Source: an uncultured Candidatus Saccharibacteria bacterium
Lineage (GTDB): Bacteria; Patescibacteriota; Minisyncoccia; Phycocordibacterales; Zambryskibacteraceae
Assembly: GCA_964504255.1 (NCBI GenBank)
Contig: CAZDDU010000002.1
Coordinates: 60,385 to 124,384 of the forward strand
Direction of reading: 5' to 3'
DNA length: 64,000 bases
This document shows, piece by piece, positions 47,560 to 55,886 of this stretch; within the stretch, counting starts at the first letter, position 1; each line of letters opens with the position of its first letter. The notes beneath the pieces were generated by a model, which did no database searches, was not told the DNA's origin, and saw only the letters and a program-made list of their open reading frames with translations. Position numbers and translations under genes: made by a program.

Positions 47560-49275
47560 TTATAAAAGCGTTGCTTTGATGCGTCTAACTCCTGCTGACA
47601 CTGCTTCCTCTTTATCAATCTTGAACTTACCGAGTTCGCCAGTGTTCTTAACATGTGGCCCACCACAAAACTCTTTGGAGTAATCCCCTATCTTGTATAC
47701 CGAGACTTGGTCTGGATACTTCTGGTCGAAGAAGTGTAATGCACCCATCTTAACCGCATCATCTTTACTCATAACCAAGTTCTCCACCTGAATAGACTCC
47801 TCTATTTTACTATTTACTATTTCTTGGACTTTTTGTTTTTCCTCGTCTGTCATCTTTCGAGAGAAGGAGAAGTCGAACCGCAGTCTCTCTGGAGTAATGT
47901 TTGAACCCTTTTGACTTACATCATTACCCAAGACATCTCGAAGTGCTTGATGTAGTAAGTGTGTGGCAGTGTGGTACCTCACCTCAATCTCTGAGTGACC
48001 AGCAAGCCCACCCTTGAACTTCTCTACTGCTCCTGCGCGTGAGAGCTCTTGATGCTTCAAGAACTTTTGCTTGAAATCCTCTTCGTCTATTTCCATTCCC
48101 TTATCTTTCGCAAGTTCTTTAGTTAGCTCAAATGGGAATCCGTATGTTGTAAAGAGATCAAAAGGATCTGCACCTTTCTCAAACTGCTTGAGACCTTCTT
48201 TTAGAGTTTCCTTAAACTTGTTTATCTCAGTTTCAATAACATTTTTAGTAAGATCTCTATTCAAAACATAGGAACCATAAACAGGATGGTCAATTATAGT
48301 TTCTGATACCCTAATCAAATCAATCAAGTCCAAACCTAGTTTCTGTGCATGCACAAATGATCTTCTAAGCAACCTTCTCAAAATATAGCCTTGGTCAGTG
48401 TTTGAAGGTACAACTCCATCAGAAATTATAAAGACTGAAGCTCTTATATGATCAGCAATAATCCTTGATGACACATCGTTTGTTGTTTTGCCAAGCGTCT
48501 TAAATATAGGTCCAAATATATCTGTGTCATATGCAGTCTTCTTGCCTTGCATAACAGCAGTCATGCGCTCTAGGCCTGCACCTGTGTCGACATTCTTGCT
48601 CTTTAGCTTCTCTACAACCTTGCCATTCTCCTTCCTAAACTCCATGAAGACATCGTTCCATATCTCTACCAGTTCCTCTTTCTTCACTGCTTCTAAAAAC
48701 TTTTCTTTACTCAAATCACCTAAGCCGTCAGTAAGGTCGTAGAACATCTCTGTGTCTGGCCCACATGGACCATTCTCTCCAGCACTCCACCAATTATCTT
48801 CTGCACCTAATGCATAGATGCGATGCTCGGGTACACCTAAACTCATCCAAATTTTCTTTGATTCATCATCAAATGGTGCATCCTCATTACCCTCAAAGAC
48901 TGTGACATAGAGTTTATTCGGATCTAAGCCAAGACCTTCTTCTTTGGAAGTGAGGAACTCATAGCTCCACTTAATAGCATCTTCCTTGAAATAATCTCCG
49001 AGAGACCAGTTACCAAGCATTTCGAAGAAGGTGAAGTGTCTGTTGTCCCCCACATCGTCTAGGTCTCCTGTGCGAACACACTTCTGTACATCGACAAGAC
49101 GCTTGCCCTTAGGGTGTTCCTCACCAAGTAGGTAAGGCACTAGAGGATGCATACCAGCTGTAGTGAAGAGCACTGACGCATCATTCTCAGGTACAAGAGA
49201 TGCACTAGGGATCACAGCATGCCCCCGCTTCTCAAAAAAAGATAGAAACCGTCTCCTGATCTCGGTTGATTCCAT
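47560..49275 (-). CDS. alaS: Alanine-tRNA ligase (short, no C-Ala domain)
   Basis: LFTTAGM, TFFEMLGNWS, DTGAGLER, HTATH and EFCGGPH editing motifs. Confidence 0.97.
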   Translation of the reverse strand: MESTEIRRRFLSFFEKRGHAVIPSASLVPENDASVLFTTAGMHPLVPYLLGEEHPKGKRLVDVQKCVRTGDLDDVGDNRHFTFFEMLGNWSLGDYFKEDAIKWSYEFLTSKEEGLGLDPNKLYVTVFEGNEDAPFDDESKKIWMSLGVPEHRIYALGAEDNWWSAGENGPCGPDTEMFYDLTDGLGDLSKEKFLEAVKKEELVEIWNDVFMEFRKENGKVVEKLKSKNVDTGAGLERMTAVMQGKKTAYDTDIFGPIFKTLGKTTNDVSSRIIADHIRASVFIISDGVVPSNTDQGYILRRLLRRSFVHAQKLGLDLIDLIRVSETIIDHPVYGSYVLNRDLTKNVIETEINKFKETLKEGLKQFEKGADPFDLFTTYGFPFELTKELAKDKGMEIDEEDFKQKFLKHQELSRAGAVEKFKGGLAGHSEIEVRYHTATHLLHQALRDVLGNDVSQKGSNITPERLRFDFSFSRKMTDEEKQKVQEIVNSKIEESIQVENLVMSKDDAVKMGALHFFDQKYPDQVSVYKIGDYSKEFCGGPHVKNTGELGKFKIDKEEAVSAGVRRIKATLL

Positions 49276-49290
49276 GGCGCTAATATAGCA

Positions 49291-49860
49291 CTAAATCAGT
49301 GTTTTCAGAACTTTGAAGTCCTCAAAAAGAGTGGGTTTAAGACTCTGGTTATATATAGCCGCAGCTGGATGGAAGAGAGGTACAAATCTGAAGCCTTTTG
49401 AGGAAATTAGCACTTTACCGTGTAGATCAGATATCGCCTGTATCTTCTCATCTAGTCCATAACGCCTCATCACATACTCCATAGAGAATCTGCCGAGTGT
49501 GGCGATCACCTTGGGCTTCATGCTCTCTATTTGTTCGTCTAAAAGTGGTCCGTAGAGCTCGATCTCCTCTGGCTTGGGGTCTCTATTTTTGGGAGGTCGA
49601 TCCTTAACAATGTTTGTTACATAAACACTATCTCTGTCCAAGCCAATAGACGAAAGTAGTTCGTTTAGCACTTGTCCTGCTCGGCCAACGAATGGACGAC
49701 CTGACTTTGCTTCCTTCTCACCAGGTGCCTCGCCAATAAACATTATTTTTGCAGCATTACTTCCCTCACCTATTACAGGGAAGTAACCTCCGACTCTTCG
49801 TAGGTCCGCCAACTCACCCCTCAAGTTCTGAAGCCTTTCTTCGATATTCACAGTGTTCAC
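49291..49860 (-). CDS. Uracil-DNA glycosylase, family 4-like
   Basis: IGEAPG, PFVGRAG, TNIVKDRPP, HPAAAIY; start uncertain (GTG 49860 or 49851). Confidence 0.9.
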   Translation of the reverse strand: MNTVNIEERLQNLRGELADLRRVGGYFPVIGEGSNAAKIMFIGEAPGEKEAKSGRPFVGRAGQVLNELLSSIGLDRDSVYVTNIVKDRPPKNRDPKPEEIELYGPLLDEQIESMKPKVIATLGRFSMEYVMRRYGLDEKIQAISDLHGKVLISSKGFRFVPLFHPAAAIYNQSLKPTLFEDFKVLKTLI

Positions 49861-50521
49861 ATTGTACTCCGGGCTTAGGTAACTTGTCTGTATCAATAGT
49901 TTTTCTAATTTTCTCCAATATTTCAGGTATCCAGTCATCCTTACCTTTATAAGGGATTAAGGAGATTGCGAATTCAAGTTTACCGTCAAAGGACTTCTTG
50001 TCTCTCTTGCCATTCACATACACAAAGTAGCCAGTGTCAGACACCTTGAAGCCGTTCTGGCGAAGTAGCCACTGATAAATCTCCATCTGTCTTCTGTACT
50101 GATCATGCCATATGGAATCATCTAGGTCTCTGATCTCTTTATCTTTAGAAGTGGCCTTGTAGTCGACAACAATGAGTTCGTCGTCATCATTCTTCCAGAT
50201 ATCATCCACTGCACCGAAAACAAATAAGTTACTTTCCTTGTGTAAATGTTGTACACCGGTGAAGTTGTGTCTCCAGGTCTCCATTTTCTCGTGTTGGAAC
50301 GGTATTGCCTTAACCTTATAGTGCTTGAGAAGTGGATGGATACTTTGTGCCTCTCTATGAATATCAAATTCTTTTTTTAGCAGGTGATCAACTGCGTTGT
50401 TTAGAGTAAAGGAAGGCATAGAGGGTCGCTTAACACCCTTTACCACGTCGAGATAAAAGCACCTCGGGCACATGGTGAAGAGATCGATCTTGGAACGGGA
50501 GACCTTCTTTACCTCACTCAT
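49814..50521 (-). CDS. PD-(D/E)XK nuclease (Cas4/AddB-like)
   Basis: CPRC, GAVDD, VVDYKAT, QMEIYQ, CEHC. Confidence 0.88.
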   Translation of the reverse strand: MSEVKKVSRSKIDLFTMCPRCFYLDVVKGVKRPSMPSFTLNNAVDHLLKKEFDIHREAQSIHPLLKHYKVKAIPFQHEKMETWRHNFTGVQHLHKESNLFVFGAVDDIWKNDDDELIVVDYKATSKDKEIRDLDDSIWHDQYRRQMEIYQWLLRQNGFKVSDTGYFVYVNGKRDKKSFDGKLEFAISLIPYKGKDDWIPEILEKIRKTIDTDKLPKPGVQCEHCEYRRKASELEG

Positions 50522-50952
50522 TTTTTCCTAGTAATGAAATGCTCAAGTGTCCATAGGAGGGTGAAGACAATAAGAGTAATAAAGGTGGTGAAGATGGCGA
50601 GCCCAACTTGGCCGAAGCCGACTGCCATACCTATACCAGCTGAGACCCAGAGGCCGGCTGCTGTAGTGAGTCCAGTAAGTTCGTGATTTTGGAAAATAAT
50701 TACCCCTCCACAAAGGAAGCCTATTCCCATGATGATACCTGCTGCAGTACGCATAGGGTCTAGGTTGACCATACCACTGTCTGCCAAGACGAGTTGAGAG
50801 AGGATAACAAAGAGGCACGAGCCCATAGAGACGAGACCATATGTACGCATCCCAGCTGTCTTGTGGGCAATGGTTCTCTCAAGTCCGATGATTACCCCAA
50901 GGGCGAGTGCTATCAAAAGATGCCAGTACTGTGGAGCTAGTGCTTCTGTCAT
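50518..50952 (-). CDS. MgtC/SapB family membrane protein
   Basis: IGLER, AGMRT, GIGFLCGG, GLTTAAGLW. Confidence 0.93.
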   Translation of the reverse strand: MTEALAPQYWHLLIALALGVIIGLERTIAHKTAGMRTYGLVSMGSCLFVILSQLVLADSGMVNLDPMRTAAGIIMGIGFLCGGVIIFQNHELTGLTTAAGLWVSAGIGMAVGFGQVGLAIFTTFITLIVFTLLWTLEHFITRKK

Positions 50953-51647
50953 TGTAATTGTTCTATATGTTTTTTAAATATTAAATCAAGCAATTCGGGA
51001 TTCTCTTCTATCATATCTTGCAAGTTGCCTTGCTCGGGATAGTTCCATCCTATCATGGTGAGCTTCTGACAAAGACCGTAGTGAAGTGCTGTTGAGGAAA
51101 ACTTGGTGTTAGTAATAAGCCACCCTTCATCTAACTTTCTATCCCTGCCGCCATAATGATGCATGTTGTCCTTCAAATCGTCGAAGCGAGCCTTAACATA
51201 CAGAGCTACCTTGAGATCAGACTTGATACCAAGACCGTTGTGGAACTTGGCCTCAACCATGACGAGCTTCTCGTCGTTCCAAGCTACGACGTCCATCTCG
51301 TGAGGTACACAACCTCCAAGTACTGTCTGTCTAGTGAGAGTTTCAAAACCCTTAGTTTTAAGCACCTCTGCTACGAAATCTTCGAAGGGGAACCCTGTCG
51401 GTCCCATATCAAGGAGTGCTCGCCTTACAGAATATCTCTGTGCCACTGGCCTCTGCATCTCTACAAGATGCTTGAAGGCGCTCTTGTATATCTCTCGAGT
51501 TGTCATGCCCTCGCGAAGCTCGTTCATCACGAGAGCTATCACTGCGTCTGCTGCCTCCTCACTAGCCCTCGCTCTAATTAGCGAGGTTCTGAGTTTGGAT
51601 GGGTTGAAGGTCTCTCTTGTCCCATCTGCCTTAATAATGTCTGTCAT
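50949..51647 (-). CDS. ATP-cone domain fused to Mrr-like restriction-endonuclease fold
   Basis: IIKADGTRETF ATP cone; GFPFEDFV, EMDVVA, VEAKFH, LITNTKFS. Confidence 0.85.
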   Translation of the reverse strand: MTDIIKADGTRETFNPSKLRTSLIRARASEEAADAVIALVMNELREGMTTREIYKSAFKHLVEMQRPVAQRYSVRRALLDMGPTGFPFEDFVAEVLKTKGFETLTRQTVLGGCVPHEMDVVAWNDEKLVMVEAKFHNGLGIKSDLKVALYVKARFDDLKDNMHHYGGRDRKLDEGWLITNTKFSSTALHYGLCQKLTMIGWNYPEQGNLQDMIEENPELLDLIFKKHIEQLQ

Positions 51648-52706
51648 TTAGGCAATTATAGCACCCCCAAGGCATCTCTCTCCAGAGTAAAATACTATGG
51701 ACTGGCCCGAATCAACTGTCTGAGGCTCTAGGAACTTCACAGTGTTTTTTTCTAGACTTATTTTGAATCTTGATTGTCGGTACCTGATTCTTGCCTCTAC
51801 ATTTGTAGATAGATTGTTGGAAACTAGATTTTGTCTCTCTACACTTACCTCTCCTGACTTGCTCTTGAGTATATCCTCATCATTGTTTGACACAGTAATA
51901 GTGTTTTCCTTTATGTTCTTACTTACAACATAATATGGTTTAGAATCAGAACTCTTCTCGTTTATATCGAAGCCATGCCTCTCGCCCAGAGTATAGTAGA
52001 GCGCCCCAGTATGGGAGCCAATAATATTGCCCTTAGTATCAAGCACACTCCCAGGCTTCGTCTCAATGTAGTGTGAGAGGAACTCTTCAATGTCCACATC
52101 TCCAATAAAACATATTCCCTGACTGTCCTTCTTCTCTGCGGTATGAAGGCCGTACTTCTTAGCAATCCTTCTCACTTCATCCTTCTTAAGATGCCCTATG
52201 GGGAAAAGCACATGCTCTAAGTCACTCTTGGTCAACGTCCAAAGGAAGTAACTCTGATCCTTCTCCTTATCCACTCCTTCATATAATTCGTTGTCAATAT
52301 TCCGAGCATAGTGGCCAGTGGCTATGTAGTCAGCACGCATGGCCTTAGCCTTGTCCCAAAAGGCACCAAACTTCACCTCACGATTGCACATGACATCTGG
52401 GTTTGGAGTTTTACCCTTTCTGTACTCTTCTATCATGTAATCAGCAACACCTTTCTTGTACTCATCTTCAAAGTCGAAGAACAGGAATGGGATGTTGAGC
52501 TTTGCTGCCACTCTCATAGCATCTCTCCTTTCATCTCTCCAAGTGCATGGCAAAAAGTCCGGTTGCCAAACCTTTATAAATACTCCAGTGACGTCGTACC
52601 CCTGCTCCATAAGTAGTGCGGCCGAAACAGCTGAGTCCACTCCGCCAGAGAGTCCTGCAAAGACTCTACCCTTAGAGGTATTTCTTGATATTTTGGATGT
52701 GTTCAT
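51648..52706 (-). CDS. mnmA: tRNA 2-thiouridylase MnmA
   Basis: SGGVDS, TPNPDVMCN, ATGHYA, KDQSYFL, DSQGICFIG; start uncertain. Confidence 0.96.
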   Translation of the reverse strand: MNTSKISRNTSKGRVFAGLSGGVDSAVSAALLMEQGYDVTGVFIKVWQPDFLPCTWRDERRDAMRVAAKLNIPFLFFDFEDEYKKGVADYMIEEYRKGKTPNPDVMCNREVKFGAFWDKAKAMRADYIATGHYARNIDNELYEGVDKEKDQSYFLWTLTKSDLEHVLFPIGHLKKDEVRRIAKKYGLHTAEKKDSQGICFIGDVDIEEFLSHYIETKPGSVLDTKGNIIGSHTGALYYTLGERHGFDINEKSSDSKPYYVVSKNIKENTITVSNNDEDILKSKSGEVSVERQNLVSNNLSTNVEARIRYRQSRFKISLEKNTVKFLEPQTVDSGQSIVFYSGERCLGGAIIA

Positions 52707-53553
52707 CAAGGGTCCTAGCATAATGCGTCTTGCCTTCTTTGTCACTGATGAAGTAGAGATATGGTGAGGTCTTAGGATTGAGAGCTGCTTCTATCGAAAC
52801 AAGTCCTGGGTTATTAATAGATCTCTCGGGCAAACCAGGTTCTTCGTAAGTAATGGGGGCTGAATCCACTTGGAGTGCCATACCTATTGAGAGCCTCTTC
52901 CAGAGAATGCCCGAAACAATCTCTTTATCCTCTTTGGTTTGCACTTCGCCCTCGATAAGTGAGGCCATAATAATAATTTCTTCCATTGTATGTTTCGAAG
53001 AATCTAACTGTTCTTGTACTGAATGAATTTTGTCTTCGAAATTTCTATTCAATATTTCTATTACATCTTCTGCTCTTGCACTAACTTTCACAAAGTAAGT
53101 ATCAGGAAAAAGATATTGATCTAATGAAAGAGTCAAAAACTTTTTATCATCAAATAATGGGAACTCCTCGTCAAATAGATCTGCAATTTCTTGGTTACTG
53201 AAGCCTTCTGGTATTGTAACCTTCACCTCATCTATGTTGTGCTTGCCCTGCACCACTCGCCGAGCAAGACTCAAGCTACTCTCCCTGTAGTGTAGATAAT
53301 AATCCCCCGCCTTAACTCCAGACTGTGTTCCCAGAAGAGCAACAAATACTTTGAACAGTGACTTTGATCTAATGACTTCAGTAGATTCCAGTGATTCGCT
53401 TACTTGATTTAGAGTGAACCCTTTCTCAACACTTATAATACTGTGTTCAGGAAAATTACTAGGTGCGGAGATAATGTGAGCGGAGAAAATTACAAACAAA
53501 AAAAGACCCACGATCAAATATATTTCTCTGTCTCGAAGAATTTCTTTCATCAA
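52672..53553 (-). CDS. mltG: Endolytic transglycosylase MltG
   Basis: TIPEGF, YLFPDTY, MASLIEGE, LQVD, NPGLVSIEAALNP. Confidence 0.92.
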   Translation of the reverse strand: MMKEILRDREIYLIVGLFLFVIFSAHIISAPSNFPEHSIISVEKGFTLNQVSESLESTEVIRSKSLFKVFVALLGTQSGVKAGDYYLHYRESSLSLARRVVQGKHNIDEVKVTIPEGFSNQEIADLFDEEFPLFDDKKFLTLSLDQYLFPDTYFVKVSARAEDVIEILNRNFEDKIHSVQEQLDSSKHTMEEIIIMASLIEGEVQTKEDKEIVSGILWKRLSIGMALQVDSAPITYEEPGLPERSINNPGLVSIEAALNPKTSPYLYFISDKEGKTHYARTLDEHIQNIKKYL

Positions 53554-54791
53554 ATAGGTAGGTTCGCTGGAGCCTCGGCCTTCTTCGAAGGAATACGGGT
53601 AAGGGTTGGAGTACCAGCTACTTCGCCTGGGAAGTGGAATACGGTAGCGATCTCCTCTGTAGTGAGAATGAATGGCTTGCCTCCAATGTGCTTGAATGGT
53701 AATTCGAAGTAAGAGCGCCTCTTGTAGGCTTCGAGGAGTTCTCTTTCGTTATTGGCCTTTTTCTTGCCGAATGGATCTTGCCAAGGATAGTCGTAACCTG
53801 CACCGAAGCTTGGCCTAAATCCGTTCAAAGCATTTGACCCAAATTGGGTAATAGATCCAATGACTCCGCCAATGTTCGCTGGGTTGAAGGCGTCCTTCTC
53901 AGCAATATAAGCGGCTCTAATGGCGGTGTCGAAGGCAAGCTTCCCAGTTGTTCTCTCGATAGCCTTAACCAAATCCTTCTGACCCTCAGACATGTGTTGA
54001 CCACTAACGTTCTTCTCTTCCGCTGACTTGAAGCGTCCTTCTTTGAGAATTTTAGCAATCTCCTTCTCTACATCCTTCTTCCAATCTGGTTTAACCACTA
54101 TGCGACCGAGTTTTAATCCTTCCTTGGCATGTCCGCGAATCAAAATTTGTATCCACGCTTGCTCACCCTTCTTAAGTGAGCCTAAGTACTCTATGACTGA
54201 AACCATTGGATCTATTTTAAATTCTTCCTTAGGATCCTTGTCTAAACCATAATCAACATATGTCTTTATAGGATAAGCGTCTGGCTTAGTCAGAGTAAAC
54301 TGGCCAAAGTAACCGATACTCAACTTTTCTGGATTTCTCTTTACAGACATCGAGTAATCCTCCGCCTCATGTATCTCAATGTTTGGGAACTGAGCGTAAA
54401 GCTGTGCCTCGACTCGTGCCCTAAAGCCTTTATGCATCCAAATGAAGAACTTCACTGCACCACCAATAGATACAAGTTCCAACGAAAACCACGGTCTCAC
54501 CCTACCCTTCATATACACATCTATAAGAGTGCCGGCACTTGTCTGGTGCAAGTGGTTCAAGAAGAGTTCCATCGCTAATGGCGACTTCATTTGTTCTCTA
54601 GGTAGCTTAACTTCAAGAAGCACGCTGCCTTGTGACGCTATCCATTCGCGCCTCTTCAGATTCATCCAAATATCAAATGCAATTGTTATCAAAACAATAG
54701 GTATCCACACTGGTGCGGAGACATAAAGCACGTCTAGTATCTTAAGATAAAAACTTGGGTTCCTGAGTAAGTCGAAGAACTCTTCTAGCAT
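53550..54791 (-). CDS. Conserved CPR protein related to the N-terminal domain of the VirD4-like ATPase
   Basis: AYPIKTY, QILI, ILTTEEIATVFHFP parallel AYPLKTY, LQIIF, LNLKELTGLLHFH in 3015..5663. Confidence 0.7.
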   Translation of the reverse strand: MLEEFFDLLRNPSFYLKILDVLYVSAPVWIPIVLITIAFDIWMNLKRREWIASQGSVLLEVKLPREQMKSPLAMELFLNHLHQTSAGTLIDVYMKGRVRPWFSLELVSIGGAVKFFIWMHKGFRARVEAQLYAQFPNIEIHEAEDYSMSVKRNPEKLSIGYFGQFTLTKPDAYPIKTYVDYGLDKDPKEEFKIDPMVSVIEYLGSLKKGEQAWIQILIRGHAKEGLKLGRIVVKPDWKKDVEKEIAKILKEGRFKSAEEKNVSGQHMSEGQKDLVKAIERTTGKLAFDTAIRAAYIAEKDAFNPANIGGVIGSITQFGSNALNGFRPSFGAGYDYPWQDPFGKKKANNERELLEAYKRRSYFELPFKHIGGKPFILTTEEIATVFHFPGEVAGTPTLTRIPSKKAEAPANLPI

Positions 54792-54810
54792 CCCTTTATT
54801 TTACCTCAAA

Positions 54811-55848
54811 TTAGGCAATGTTGTAACGACCTTCTTTGTCCTTCTTGAAATACTTTGGGTTTTGAAGATTAACCATAATAGTATTTTCCTTCACGTATCG
54901 TTCTTTGAGAACTTTCTTGATTATGTCTTCCTTAGTTAGAGGTCCGTTCTTATCAATGATCTTCTTGATCACATCCTTTACAACACCAGACATATAACCC
55001 CACTCAGCAAGTGCATAGAGACCTCGACCTACAAGGACGAATCGTGGATCCTTGATAAGTTCGTTATGAGTAGTAGCTACATGTGCCTTCTTGTTGAAAT
55101 ATTGCGAAATTGCCTTAGCCACCTCCTTGAAGTGGATCGGTGAGCCATGCTTCCTGATAACGAGGAAAGCGTAGTCACGCATGCCCTTAGCATTAACATT
55201 TGGAGAGTCGGTACGACCCCACTCACCAAGAGGATTCTTGCCGATCTTGTTTGATATTGAGAGCCAACGCTTGATGACTTCATCGTTCTTGTACTTGTCG
55301 TTCATGTCCTTAACCTCCTCCAAGAAATCATCAATAAGGTCAGCCTCAAGAACCAGCTCGTCATCTGAGAGCTTTGAATAAAGCTTCCTTAGTGATGCAT
55401 GAATACGCTTGGATAAATCTGAGTCCACATGCCAGCGATGCTTGAACTCCTCGTCCTCCTTCTCACGCATAAATTCCTCACCAGCAACGAGTAGAAAGTG
55501 AATGTGGTTCTGACCAGACTCATCCTTCGCAAGATGCTTTAGGAGATCCTTCTCAGACACAAGACCTCCAAGTTCTACTACTACAGCCTTAAGCTCATCA
55601 AACACAACCTGCTCCGACTTGTACTCCTTAGACTTCCTTATAAGCGAGAGAGAGTGGTTCTCGATCTGTCTAACTCTTTCGCGAGTAATACCGTATTTCT
55701 TGCCTATCGCATCGAGAGTCATGCGAATAGATTTTGCCCCAAGACCGTAACGATTTTCGACCACATCAGCTCCTCTTTTATTGAGGACAGAAAGGAGGCG
55801 TTTGGTAACCGCCTTTGGTTTAAAGCTTAATGTGATCTTTTCGCTCAT
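54811..55848 (-). CDS. Sigma70 region-4 HTH protein with C-terminal winged-helix (HARE-HTH/delta-like) domains
   Basis: TLDAIGKKYGITRERVRQIE; HNELIKDPRFVLVGRGLYALAEWG. Confidence 0.8.
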   Translation of the reverse strand: MSEKITLSFKPKAVTKRLLSVLNKRGADVVENRYGLGAKSIRMTLDAIGKKYGITRERVRQIENHSLSLIRKSKEYKSEQVVFDELKAVVVELGGLVSEKDLLKHLAKDESGQNHIHFLLVAGEEFMREKEDEEFKHRWHVDSDLSKRIHASLRKLYSKLSDDELVLEADLIDDFLEEVKDMNDKYKNDEVIKRWLSISNKIGKNPLGEWGRTDSPNVNAKGMRDYAFLVIRKHGSPIHFKEVAKAISQYFNKKAHVATTHNELIKDPRFVLVGRGLYALAEWGYMSGVVKDVIKKIIDKNGPLTKEDIIKKVLKERYVKENTIMVNLQNPKYFKKDKEGRYNIA

Positions 55849-55886
55849 ATAGCTTCACCTATTTGTATCACCCCCTTGACATAGTG

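Noticed and set aside
49814-50521. CRISPR-Cas locus suggested by Cas4-like nuclease
   Set aside because: No cas1/cas2 or other cas genes and no repeat-spacer array seen in the window.
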